A DNA stretch of 64,000 bases, taken from positions 45,572,001-45,636,000 of the forward strand of contig NW_024704742.1 in assembly GCF_018977255.1 (NCBI RefSeq), given 5' to 3'. The position numbers and the translations under genes were made by a program. Each line of letters begins with the position of its first letter. Positions within the stretch are counted from its first letter, which is position 1. The notes beneath the pieces were generated by a model. That model did no database searches and was not told where the DNA came from. It saw only the letters and a list, made by a program, of their open reading frames with translations. This DNA comes from Callorhinchus milii. Lineage: Eukaryota. Positions 37,371 through 49,899 of this stretch are shown in pieces.

Positions 37371-37590
37371 AGTGAATTTAGCAACAGATGATCAGACAGA
37401 GGAAAGAAAGTGAAGATCCTAAATCTCAGAGTACTACATATCTCATGGTTTAGGATTAAGACTATTATTTTGGAAATTAAGACTATACTGAGATTTGAAA
37501 ATTAGTCATAATTTGGAAGTTTTTTTACAATCTAAAAAGGAACATGTCTTCAGGCTTTTACAGAGTTTCCTTGATATCATCTGCTTCAAT

Positions 37591-37899
37591 GTCCTGTAGC
37601 TCAATGGTTAGAGCACTCGCCTTGCAAGCGAGACACCTGGGTTCAATTCCAGGCAGGGCAAAACCTTGGCCAAGTTTCCTTACTCCACACATCTAATAAT
37701 AACCAAAACAAAAACAATAATAAATTGGTCATTTGCAATCCACGACTGTTTGTGGGACACTGCTGTGCGCAATTGGCTGCCTCATTTCGGCCACAAATAT
37801 ACAGTCAATTCACTTTACAGCATATTCTGTGAAGCGCTTTGAGATGTCTAGAAGACTTGAAAAGCGCTATATCAAATGCAAGGATTATTACTGTTATTA
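37591..37899 (+). mobile_element. tRNA/Deu SINE, short subfamily
   Basis: Head gtcctgtagctcaatgg through tail gcaaggattatta. Confidence 0.92.
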
Positions 37900-37958
37900 A
37901 TGTAATGCAAATTCACTTATAAAATGGTTGCACTCTGGAACCCATTCAATGGGCTTGC

Positions 37959-38170
37959 TTGCATCTGTCCCTCTTGATTCCCATTCACCAAACATCAGTT
38001 TATGCTATAATGTCCTACTTCCAGGTTATCAGGCCACCAGGAATGTCACTATGTGTGCACAGAAAACAGGGAACGATATTACAGTCACTTGATGACACAG
38101 AAGCTAGCTATTTTGCTTTTAGAATGCAAACCAGCCAGCCAGACACTTGTCAGCAAGTGCAGTTAAACAT
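37959..38170 (+). mobile_element. Harbinger transposase fossil (core)
   Basis: One open frame VYAIMSYFQVIRPPGMSLCVHRKQGTILQSLDD..QPDTCQQ (IGAIDCTHIAIRAP..VNRK..ILQAVCD..WPGSCHD). Confidence 0.6.
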
Positions 38171-38539
38171 GTTATTGCATCTCACTGTAACACAGGTTGG
38201 GATTTTATGAATCCTAAATACTGCATTATCACAGGATTATGGTTTAACTGCATTATGTCATTATTAAGAACATAGAGCCACAAAAAAAATCGATGAATCA
38301 AGCTCTCAGAATTCAACCCGACTTTTTCTGAATTTGAATGACCTATATACAGATATCCATTCTTTGTTCAGCCTCTTTTCCTCTACAAATGTGTCGCTAT
38401 ATATTACCCCTCCCGTACTAAATAAATCTGCTGCAGACACCCTTCCCTCAGACACAGTTGATTTCACAAATGATTATAAAATTGCCTCAAGAGGATAAAG
38501 CAATGGGGGAAAAAAGTCTGCCTGACAGAACACCATGGC

Positions 38540-39060
38540 TATACACTTTCATAAATATAGCACATGATTAAACTGCTACAGAGGAGAAAAGTGCCGTTAT
38601 ATTCAGGGTTTAAAGAGTAATGTGACTGGAACTCTCATCAATTTCTCCTATCTTTCATTATTGGAAGTTGTCTTGTATTTCTTCTTGACATTTTTGGCAT
38701 TTTCATTTCAGCTGTGTATTATATGCTGCCATGTCATTTTAAAAAGAATCACTCAACGGCTGCTCTGACTTGTCTCTCCATGGTTTCTCATAGCCTGCAA
38801 TATATTTTTTCTTTTGTTTTTCATGTTATTTTGCCCTTGAACGTAAAAAAGATTTAGTCAGTTTACTCAGAGTTGTCTCGAAGAAACAAAAATTAAATCG
38901 TGATGTTGCCCTTCTGAAAGCAACAGAAGTTAAGCATATCCAAATATAGTAAATATCACAACTATTGCCAGGGTAAACTGTCTCACCTTCATTCTTGGTG
39001 CTGTGTGAGATATCCTCTCAACAACGTGGAAATTATCTTTCTTAGAAAACAACAATTTAC
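38540..39060 (-). mobile_element. Harbinger transposase fossil (C-terminal half)
   Basis: NFHVV, VYPGNSCDIY (YPGSSHDAF), FLRDNS (LLGDKG), VRAAVE*FFLK (RAVVERAFGLLK), SCAI. Confidence 0.7.
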
Positions 39061-39416
39061 AATATGGGAACGATTCAAAAGATTAATTCTAGTCCCGTGC
39101 AACTTTAACTTAAAAACTGCCATTCTATCAAGATCATGGACTTTTAAAGTTATAATCCTTTGCATTTTGTATTTAATATAATGCCTTTCACATCAGGAGT
39201 ACGTCTCAAAATGCTTCACAGGATTTAGTGTAAAGTGTAGCGACTGTCTCACAAACAGCCATGAAGTGAATGAGCAATTGTATTTAGAGGATCGGTGGCC
39301 AGGACACCGAGAGAAACACTCTTCTCTTTTTAAATAGTGCCAGGGTATTTTTAACCTCCACCTGAACAGACAGACAGTACATCGGTGCTATATTAGGAAC
39401 AGACATCAGAGGCATA

Positions 39417-40034
39417 CAACAACAACAACAACAAGATTCCATTTATAGAGCGGCTTTCACGTCGGGAGGACGTCCCAAGGCGCTGTACAGTTGGGTCAGG
39501 ACCCGAGCAGAGGGGAAATGGTCAGGGTGAGGGGAGGGAAGGGAGGGAGCGAGGAGGGGGTAGAGAGTCGAGAGGGGAGCTGAACGCACGGTCAAAGAGA
39601 AAGGTCTTGAGACCGGCCTTGAAGGAGGAAAGGGAGGAGGCGGCGAAGACACTGGGGGATGGAGTTCCAGAGCCTCGGGGCTGAGAGGCTGAAGGCCCGG
39701 CCACCGATGGTAGGGCGGTTGGGGCGGGGAATGTGGAGCAGACCGGAGCCAGAGGAACGGAGGGTACGGGCAGGTAAGTAGGGGGATAGTAGGTCGGAGA
39801 GGTAGGAGGGAGCAAGGCCTTGTTGGCCTTGTAGTTGAGGATGAGTATCTTGAATTCCATCCTCTGGGGGATGGGGAGCCAGTGGAGGCGAGCGAGGGTG
39901 GGAGTGATGTGGTCCCGAAGCCTGGTGCGGGACAGTACACGAGCTGCAGAGTTCTGAATGACCTGCAGCGTGTGGAGGGAGGTGGCGGGAAGGCCGGCGA
40001 GGAGAGAGTTCCCATAGTCCAGCCTTGAGGTGAT
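39417..40034 (-). mobile_element. young L2 LINE 3' fragment (family of 44438-46059)
   Basis: Close reverse-complement match to about 45445-46059; (CAA)n tail. Confidence 0.95.
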
Positions 40035-40109
40035 ACAGAAAAAAAAGTCCTCTGAATGTGATTTCAGTTTACTTCACAAAAGAGCAAGTCTGATGCAGCA
40101 GCAACAACA

Positions 40110-41270
40110 GCAACACCAAGCTCAATTCAAAAGTTTGATATTTGCCGAGTTTTTCTCCCGTTCTTTTAATTGTACTGTACTAAATTCTTGATGAAAGTAG
40201 TCCCAAAATAAAAGTGCCAGTCAAAGCTACGTTGCATTATTTTACATTTCGGAGATTAAAATTAAGGCTCTCAAATATTTTTAAAATGTTGTCAAATGCC
40301 ACTGTGTAAACAGCTGACGCTTTGTTGTATACATGGAGTGATGCAGCTCAGAAGCAGTCCATTTAACCTAGCTAGTCTGTGCCGGTGTTTAAACTTCACA
40401 TGCATCCCACCAATCCTATTCGCCACTCTTATATCACTCCTATGCCCCTCTCCCTCAGATATGTATCAAGTGTTCTGTTAAATACTAGCTTTTGTGTCAC
40501 TAAAAATTCTCCGTTGGTGCATCTGAAGGTATAATTCCAGATAAATTGTGCTCAGAATTTATACAAATGTGGTTTTATAAGTATAATAATTATCCTATAT
40601 ATATTATATATATATTGTTTACCCAGCAGTATGTAGAAACGCAGTTGTTAATCGATTGGCGGATCACTTTTCTGGGGTAACAATCCCTACAAAATTTAAA
40701 ATATTAATAATGATGATTTGATCACTCAATTCACGTCTGTTTGTGAGACACTGCTGTGCGTATTGTCTGCCATGCTTCGCCAACAAAATATATAATCAAT
40801 TTACTTGATAGTATATTCTGTGAAGCGGTTTGAGACGTATTGAAGACGTGATAAGGCTCTTTATCAAATGCAAGCATTCTTATTATTATTCAGAACAAAA
40901 GACTCAAATATAGAGTTAGAGATGATCTGATGCTTTTGCTACTTGCCGGTCTTCATTTGGTACAATTCTTATCAATTCTAATTGATTCCAAGGTGCCTAT
41001 TTGAAATAATTGTTACACATTCACATATATGCCTGCGTCAGGATCAGTTGGATCAATTCAACAAGCCAGATTGCTTTGAGAGTCATGCAAATGCCCAGGT
41101 TTATATCTACTCAGTAATGATACATATAAAAACCCTTCTGTAGAAACAATCCACAGTCACAGAAATTTCAAACACTTTAAAGGAAGTAGCTCAGAAGACA
41201 GAAGGATTAAGCAATGTGGAAATAAATATTGATTAGGCTGTGGGAGTGAGGAGGAAGAGGAAGCGAGCTG
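40110..41270 (+). mobile_element. Harbinger transposase fossil split by a CR1 tail and a SINE
   Basis: SPKIKV..TLHYFT; then GSIQQARLL*ES..YLLSNDTY..EDRRIKQ / INID*AVGVRRKR (GSVHDARVLRES..YLLGDSAY..IERAFGVLKGR). Confidence 0.75.
40615..40890 (+). mobile_element. long-subfamily SINE, 5' truncated
   Basis: tgtttacccagcagta.. through tail. Confidence 0.85.
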
Positions 41271-41369
41271 CTGCTTTTTAAGAAATTAGTATTTCACTAC
41301 CCGAACAGCAAATATGTCAGCCTGGCTGAGTTGGTACCACTGCACTCACAGAACGGAATTGACTTCTAG

Positions 41370-41733
41370 GTCCTCAAACTTGTCTACAAATCCCCTTAAC
41401 ATCTCCCAACCTCCCCGACTTGCTTAATTCGCACTCCACCAATAGCCAACTCTTTCAGCAGGTTCTGGCATCCTGTATGTTACCTTGTCCCTTCCTCTCC
41501 ACCCTCAGTGGCTGTGCTTTCAGCCACTGAGTCCTGAAACTTTGGAACTCTCTTCCTCAATCCCTCCACCTTACCCCTCCTTCTCCATATTAATACTCCT
41601 GAACACCTTCCTCTTTGATCGCGTTAACATTCACCATCACCCTGGTTCGGTGTCAGACTCTGTCACTGTTAAGGGCTCTGAGAGGATACCCTGCATGAGG
41701 GACATTTTATAAATACATGTCATTGTTGTTATT
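41370..41733 (+). mobile_element. L2 3' fragment inserted into the head of an older DeuSINE (41318-42235)
   Basis: LNTFLFD motif and tail; SINE head starts at 41318 and resumes at 41735. Confidence 0.7.
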
Positions 41734-42639
41734 GTACTCTTCCTCTATGTCAGAAGGTTGTGGATTGAAGCCCCAAATCGGGATTATGAACTCGTATGAT
41801 CTTGTCTGACACTCCAATCAGTGCTGTGGATATGCTGCATTGTTTATTATGCTGTCCTTCAGATTAAATGTTAAACTGAGGTCCTGTCTGCCAGTTCTGG
41901 TAGACATTAAAGATCACATAACACTATTCAAACAGGGAAGAGAGTTTCACTCGGTGTCTTGGTGAACAATGCCCCAAATAAAAAAAAATTGGGTCATTCA
42001 CTTTATGCTGTTTATGGGGACATTGTTGAGCACATTATTATTATTACTACTTGTGATAACCAAACTCAAGCAACATAATGGAAAGTAACTGGAGTGGTAA
42101 ATAAAGCGCAGTGAATATGGCTACATGCGCCTGCAGAGTACAACAGGCACTATACTTTGCAATGTGAAACACTTTGAGAAGTGAAAGATGCTATATCAAA
42201 CACCAGGATTATTATCATTCTTTATTATTATTATTAATTGTGATGACCAAACTCAAGCAACATAATGGAAAGTAACTCGAGAGGTAAATAGAGCACTGTA
42301 AAGATTACTTATACAGCAATGTGTGTGAAAGATCCATGAATCACACTAAATATATGGCTGTGTAAAATATTCTCAATTGCATGAAGTTAATCCCCTTTTC
42401 AACAGTTAGCATCATATTTCTGTGATTTTTTCCCCCTGGTATTAACACTCTCAGTTTAAATTCCAGGATCAAGAGTTATAATCCTGCCACAGTTGCAAGC
42501 AAGCAGCATATTTCAACAGCAAAGTTATACTCATTGAAATTAGCATATATATATATGTATCTATATATGTGCAGATACAGTATTTGTATTGGAATAAAAT
42601 ATTTTAATTTGACATTACAATGGGAAATTAACTTTGATT

Positions 42640-42950
42640 TGTTTTCGTCTGACAGATGGTAAAACAACAGGATGCCGTAGGAGGGATCTGTAGTGTTGGA
42701 ATATAAGTAAATATGAAAAGGGAGATTACCATCTGCCAATCAAATGTATTCCTTCCACAAACAATGCAAAACCTATCCTGTCATGAACTCCGTGCCTTCC
42801 ATCTCTGGAGTGAAAATTCGGCATAGATATTCCTTGATCACAAAAGGATGCCAAATGGAAACTCCAGAGTAATAATCATCACTGTTCAACCCTAGGCTTC
42901 TACCATCCACAGATGCCTCCTCCACACCTCCAATATAGCATAGAAAACAT
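42640..42950 (-). mobile_element. Harbinger transposase fossil (core)
   Basis: YIGGVEEASV..GLNSDDYY; CDQGISMPNFHSRDGRHGVHDRI (CD..M.N..RWPGSVHDARI); HLIG/DGNLPFHIYL (HLLGDSGYPL..WL). Confidence 0.7.
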
Positions 42951-43329
42951 TATATCTGGATCAACATCTATTCTAGCCTGTAATACTTTTCCTACAAAGA
43001 TGCTCATCCACCTTATTGATAATATAATAATAATCCTGGCATGTGTTGTAGTGGCTTAAATGTTGGGAGGAAGTCTCCAAGAGCTTCGTAGAATTTACTG
43101 CAAAGTGTAGTGACTGTGTATTTTGCAGACATGTGGCAGCCAATTTGCACATAGCAATGTCCCACAAATAGTATATTTAGGAAATAATTAATCAATGCAA
43201 ATCAATTACTTTTTGGGGAATTTATTCCTAAGTACACAATGCTCTTGGGGGGGAATAAATCAAGCCTTTTTTAAAGATTGTTAATCTGAACATCTAACAT
43301 CTTCCTTTGTGCTAATAATCTGATGATCT

Positions 43330-43930
43330 AAGGTTGGTAGCTTTTCATCATGTTAAGAACCTGTAAGGTCATTTGTTACTTACTTTTTTCTTCCGAGCAA
43401 ATCAACTCAAATCTTCGAGCTGCTCATAACTTAGAGCTCACACGTGTGTCTGAAATGTTGGATAATGCATCGTTAGTGTTCTCTCTGGTAAACATCTCCG
43501 TGAAGTAGTCATTTAATATGTTTACCATCTCCTGTTTGTCTCTTTGACAACACCCTTAGGGTTTCAATTTACTTTTGGAATAATTTTTTGGCAATATGCT
43601 TTGCATCTGTTGTTAGATTCTTTCTAGTTCTCTCTTGGCTCCTCTAATCTTGTTTTTTTTTGCCTGCTTTTGTATAGTTTTGTTCTCAGCCCAACGGTCA
43701 CTCTCTGCCTTCTCTCTACAAGCTTTGAAAATCTTCCTTTTTATCTTAATCTCCATTTTCATTTCCCTGTTGATTCATTTTGTAGCATTTTTGCTTAATT
43801 TGCAGTGGCTACACTTGCCAGTTACATATGCTTGTGTCCTTCATGCTCCACATAATACTTTTGAAGGATTTATTTATACTCAGCAGATGTTTGCTTCAGT
43901 CGTGTCCCACAGTCTATGTTGCTAAACACA
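43330..43930 (-). mobile_element. old CR1 ORF2 fragment
   Basis: KIRGAKRELEKNL; EMVNILNDYFTEMFTRE. Confidence 0.75.
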
Positions 43931-44437
43931 ACCTTCAACCCAGAGATCTGCTTATCCAAAGTTGTATACTGGTGATTGTAGGTATGATTTATAATGTTAA
44001 TAATCCTTGCATTCAATATGGTGCCTTATCATGTCATTAAGATGTCGCAAAGCTCAACACGCGTGAGGGGCACTTTATAGATGTTCACAGGATTTTCAGC
44101 AAATTGTAGTAACTGTATTGTGTGAGTGAATGTGGCAGCCAATTTATGCAAGGCAATGACCCACAAACAGCCATGGAATGAATGACCATTTTTTTTATTT
44201 TGGGGGATTGTTGGCCAAGACACTGGGAGAAACTCCCTTCTATTTTGGAATAGTGCCATGGGATATTTAACATCTACCTAAACAGACAGACAGGACCTTG
44301 GTTAATAACAACAAATTATATTTATATAGTGCCTTTCACATCGGGAGGATATCTGAAGGCACGGTTAAACATGCCTTTGAAGAATGGCAATGCAGCACAC
44401 CCCAAGTGCTGCATTGGATTATCAGCTTAGACTATTC

Positions 44438-46059
44438 TCACAGACATCATCAACCTATCCCTTATCACAGACATCATTAACCTGTCCCTCTCCTCTGGCT
44501 CTGTTCCCATTCCCCTAAAAACTGCCACCATCACTCCCACTTTGAAAAAACCCTCCCTTGATGCGTTGCAGCTATGAAGCTACCGGCCCATCTCCAACCC
44601 CCCCTTCCTGTCCAAGGTCCTTGAACGAGTTGTCGCCTCCCAGCTGCACTCCTTCCTCTCCACCCATTCATTATTCAAACCTCTTCAGTCGGGTTTCCGT
44701 GCTGCCCATAGCATGGAAACCGCCCTGGTCAAGGTCACCAATGACATCTTGACCATCTGCGACCAGGGCTCCCTCTTCCTCCTCGTCCTCCTCGACCTAA
44801 CGGCCGCATTCCATACGGTCGACCACGCTATCCTCCTCCACCACTTGTCCTCCCACCTCAACCTTCAAGGCCCTGTCCTTGAGTGGTTTAGGTCGTACCT
44901 CTCCCACCATCTTCATTTTGTTTCAACAAACGGCTTTTCCTCCAGCCCCCGCACTGTCTCGTGTGGTGTCCCTCAGGGCTCTGTCCTCGGTCCCCTCCTC
45001 TTCACCCTCTATATGCTCCCCCTTGGTGACATCATCCGCAGACATGGGGTTAACTTCCACATGTATGCGGATGACACCCAACTCTACCTTTCCTCTTCTA
45101 ACCTCAACTCCACGACCACCGATGTCCTGACAGCTGCCTGTCCGACATCGAGTCCTGGACGAGAGACAACTTTCTTCAGCTCAACGTGCGCAAAACTGAG
45201 GCCCTCCTGATTGGCTCACATCAGCGCCTCCGCACCTCAGGCGCTGACAGCATCAGCATCCAAGGCTGCACTCTCCACCTCTCAAAGCCAGTCAGGAACC
45301 TCGGTGTTCTGTTCGACCCTGAGCTGTCCTTTCTTCCTCATATCTGCGCCACAACTGGCACTGCCTTCCATCACCTCCGGAATATCGCCAGACTACGGCA
45401 CTACCTCACCCCTCACGCTGCTGAAACTCTGGTCCACGCCTTTATCATCTCAAGGCTGGACTATGGAAACTCTCTCCTCGCCGGCCTTCCCAGCACCTCC
45501 CTCCACAAGCTGCAGGTCATTCAGAACTCTGCAGCTCGTGTACTGTCCCGCACCAGGCTTCGCGACCACATCACTCCCACCCTCGCTCGCCTCCACTGGC
45601 TCCCCATCCCCCAGAGGATCGAATTCAAGATCCTCATCCTCACCTACAAGGCCATTCACGACCTTGCTCCCTCTTACCTCTCCGACCTACTATCCCCCTA
45701 CCTACCTGCCCGTACCCTCCGTTCCTCTGGCCCCGGTCTGCTCCACATCCCCCGCCTTAACCAACCTACCATCGGTGGCCGGGCCTTCAGCCTCTCAGCC
45801 CCTAGGCTCTGGAACTCCATCCCCCAGTGCCTTCGCCGCTTCCTCCATTTCCTCCTTCAAGGCCGGTCTCAAGACCTTTCTCTTCGACCATGCCTTCAGC
45901 TCCCCTCTCAACTCTCTAGCCCCTCCTCAGTCCAACCCTTCCCTCCCCTCACCCTGACCATTTCCCCCCTGCTCAGGTCCCGACCCAACTGTCCAGCGCC
46001 TTGGGACGTCCTCCCGACGTGAAAGGCGCTCTATAAATGAAATCTTGTTGTTGTTGTTG
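44438..46059 (+). mobile_element. L2 LINE, 5' truncated, RT domain with frameshifts
   Basis: [42 protein letters not shown]; hairpin plus (GTT)n tail. Confidence 0.97.
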
Positions 46060-46399
46060 AAGACTATATGTTTTCCAACTCCGCGTCCCAATATAGTCAT
46101 TATTATTGTAGGACGCCGTGTTTTCAGACTCTGAGTATTTGCATCTCCCACTCTCCATGTTGGGCGCTGATTTGGATGTCAAGTCGGTTGTTAAGTCAGG
46201 ATGTTTTTTACAGTTCTGTGCATGTGCATAAGGTTTCCATAATTATGTGTTAATAGAGCAGGCAGTGAGAGGTGAAGAGATCTGATTTTGGGAAGTACAA
46301 CATTAGGGAGAGATACACTCAGTTAGAGAGATAGAAACATGAATATACAGATACACACACACAAAGATCCGCTGTCAACACTGTTTTGTATAGAAACGG

Positions 46400-47390
46400 T
46401 CCCAATTATTATTGATATCGAATTCCCGACTGTATTTTGTCAGCCAAAGGGGAACCAACAGTCAATTGATCAGATAGTATATAAACCTCCTATGCCGATA
46501 CAATCTCATTTGAGTCATGGCACAAATGTATTTAATAATAAAATCAATGGATTTTATCGTTATAATACATTTGTGTATTTCAATGGGTTAGCAAATCTAC
46601 TGTATCTATCTCCCAATTTCACTTCATTGTTGACATTTTATAAGAACTGATAATTTTTTGAACTTTGTTGTGAAATTGTAACAATTTACAAAAGTCTGGT
46701 AATAGTTTAGGAGACAACTTATAATATTTAATGAATGGCATTTATTTTTAAAATATTGTTCGTACTATCTTTTATTTGGACTTGTTTTGCGTCGGGGGTA
46801 AATCTCCCTTCACCACTCCCCCTGACATTATTTACAATAGTTGCACTGAGAATTTAGCCTTTGATTTCGGCTTGCTAGTATTGCATTGGTGGTTACAATA
46901 ACAACAGCAACAACATCGATTTATACAGCCCTATTCATGTAGAATAACATCTTGAAGTTTCAAATGCAAGGGTAGGACCCCAAGCAAGGGAGAAGAGGGA
47001 GCAGAAGTGATCATAGGTTGTCGAAAAGGTAAATCTCTAAGGTGGGATGTAAAGATAGATAAAGAGGAGTGGCTGAGGTAGGGAGTTTGAGAAATTAAGT
47101 CAAAGGCATCTTTGAAGAAGTAGGTGTTTAGGCAATTAATGGGTTACTGCCTTATCTAAACAAAAAAAAGCAGAGCTAAGTCAATAACCTGCTAATTGGT
47201 ACTCCATTGGCACAATATGTGAGCTACCAATCCAATGCATCATTGGAGCAGCAACAGTGCACTATTCAAGTGTGGGAGAGATTCAAGGGCCTTCAATTCT
47301 TTCCTAAATTGCTTTTGTCTGTTTTTGTGCTGCAAATTCGCTGCATTTATTTGCAAGCTTTTTGTTTGTTTCTCTTCCTAACATTTCCAT
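46400..47390 (+). mobile_element. Harbinger transposase fossil split by an L2 remnant (about 46900-47120)
   Basis: FPTV..SID..MPIQ..FNNKINGFYRYN..LLYLSPNFTS; then NLLIGTPL..SNASLEQQQCTIQVWERFKG. Confidence 0.55.
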
Positions 47391-47518
47391 TTAATGACAT
47401 CGGCCTCCTCTGCTCTTAAATTTATTGAGTTGATATATTGATGGCAGCCTTCCTAGCTCTTTCTTGAATGTTCATTTTAACCATATTTGGCTTATTTCCT
47501 ACTTTCTAAGGATGGCTT

Positions 47519-48490
47519 GTGATTTTTTTCATGTGCAGTGTAAATATGAGTCCAATATCTAATATTTTGGGGCAGATGTCTCCCAAATTATCACCATATT
47601 CACGGTTAGAAGTGTGCAGAATTTCTGTGCAACAAAACATCATGCTTTCAATTACAGTTGACAATTATAATTTAGAAGGTGAAGTTTGTCCTGAGGAAAC
47701 CCTAAAATCATTAGTTGCACAAATGAATCTATTAATAACAATTGAACAAATTAACAACAAACAGCGCAAGGGTACACGAGTAAACTCTTAAACAACCTAA
47801 ACAAGGGCCACAGATCACTCGTGTAAATATATTCCATCTGTGTGATTAATTGAATTTCTTGAAACACTGATGATAGATTCAAGGCATCAAAATGGACCAG
47901 ACCTATCAGCTGACTGCTCTGGTTTAAATGTTATAATCAGTGGTCCTGACAAAACCAAAGAATGAATCATTTATTTTGCTACTTAAAATTAAACATTCTT
48001 TTTGATTCATTACTTTTAAGGAAGCCTGAGGGCTGATATTCCTCTTGGCATTACGTGTACCGACTTTGATGCTTTGCGATTAAAATACACAGAATGCCAA
48101 CAGGAATCTCATGCCTCTGGATTCTGAATAAAAGTGGTTACATTTTCACAAGAGCATAATTAATCTTTGCCTGGAATAGAGCCACCAGAGTTGCAGTCCA
48201 GTTTGTCAATTAAGACTAATAATAAATTAGATTTGATTCAAAAAGGGCCCTTGAGGATGGTTCTAATAGTGATAAATATAAAGAAGCACTTAAGAAGAAG
48301 AATTTAGGGAAGTCTAAAAACAGCCTCCATATGTACATGTATGAACAGCCTGAGCAATTGTTTTAATGAGATGCAACATTCAGCAGAATGGCTCAATTCT
48401 TTTTGATTTTAAAAAAACACATCTTAACAAAAAATGTCTATCTATCGACTCTTTTATGTCCTCCACAATTTCAGTATTACACAACAATTT
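47519..48490 (+). mobile_element. Harbinger transposase fossil (near full length), interrupted by a hairpin element
   Basis: ISVQQNIMLSI; IQGIKMDQTY (VQGAIDCTH); LPG; PEQL/FNEMQHSAEWLNSF/ILKK; TISVLHN. Confidence 0.65.
48028..48117. repeat. 90 bp imperfect palindrome, MITE-like
   Basis: Arms 48028-48059 and 48086-48117 are complementary at 26 of 32 positions. Confidence 0.7.
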
Positions 48491-48855
48491 ATATAATACA
48501 GTATCCCCAATCATCACTTAATTCATCTAACGTGACATGCACGGAATATACATGTGTTGTTTCCCCTTCATTTGACTTGTTTAGCATCATCTACATGTAT
48601 ATGATATTGGTTTTATACTTAGCTGCAAATCCCATGTAATGTAGATTGCAATATTAAGGCATGTTTATTTATTATCTTCAGCTCTGCAATCTTGGCACCA
48701 GTACAAGCAAGAATGATTAGGTTTTAGACAGCAAAGTGAGATGAATTTTCTGGTTGTGACAAAAATCATTAATGACTCAGTAAGTAAGAGCTGCAAGTGA
48801 TTTTTGACATTGGCTGGTGCTGCTTAAGTTTGTAGAAAAGAGTTGGGAGGTGGAG

Positions 48856-49765
48856 CAGATGCTTAACGGCTTCTCCTCCCGCTCTCACCCGGTCACCTGT
48901 GGGGTACCTTAAGGATCCATCCTTGGCCCCCTCCTCTTTCTGATCTACATGCTTTCTCTTGGGGATGTCATCCGCAGACATGGCGTACATTTCCACATGT
49001 ATGCAGATGACACCCAACTCTACTTTTCCACCTCTCTTTGCGACCCCAGTTCCCTGATGTTCTGTCAGACTGCCTGTCGGATCTCAGGGGCTGGATGAGC
49101 GCAAACTTCCTTCAGCTGAACGTTGACAAGACGGAAGCCACACTCTTCGGTTCTCGTCAACGTCTAAAATCCCATGGTTCTCACCTCCTCCACCTACACG
49201 ACCTCCCCCTAAAACTCTCCGAACCCGTATGTAACCTAGGCGTCAGGTTCGACCCCCAATTATCCTTCCTCCCCCAGATCCAGTCCCTCACCAGCACCAC
49301 CTTCTTCCACCTCCGACGCATCACCCGTCTCCGCCAATACCTCTCCCCAAAAGCCGCTGAAATTCTGGTCCATGCCTTTGTCACCTCTCGGCTGGACTAC
49401 TCTAACGCCCTCCTCGCCGGTCTCCCATCCACTACCATCCATAAAATCCAACTCATTCAGAACTCTGCCGCCCACATTCTCACCCACACGAAACTCTGCT
49501 CCCCGATCACCCCAGTCCTTGCCAGACTGCACTGGCTGCCTATCCCAGAGAGAATCGATTTCAAGATCCTCACCCTCGTATTCAGGTCTCATCTTGCTCC
49601 CTCCCTTCCCATTTTCAGGTCTCTGCTGAAGACCTTTCTTTTCGACCACGCCTTTGGTCACCTTCCCTCCCCTCCCCATGGCTCGTTCCCGGGATCCTAA
49701 ACTGTAAAGTACTCTGAGACGCTGTCTGGCATGGAGGGCGCTATATAAATCCAAGTTGTTGTTGT
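48856..49765 (+). mobile_element. L2 LINE (second family), 5' truncated, with internal deletion
   Basis: [20 protein letters not shown] 49038-49700; (GTT)n tail. Confidence 0.95.
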
Positions 49766-49899
49766 TTTTGTTTTGAGAAGGTCAACAGCATTGGTACATG
49801 GGTGGAAGTCAAAGGATGTGTCAGATATTATTGCAGTCCATTCTGATTAAGAATAAGTCTTACTCTGATGGGAGATAAGAATACAAATGAATCAGGGCT

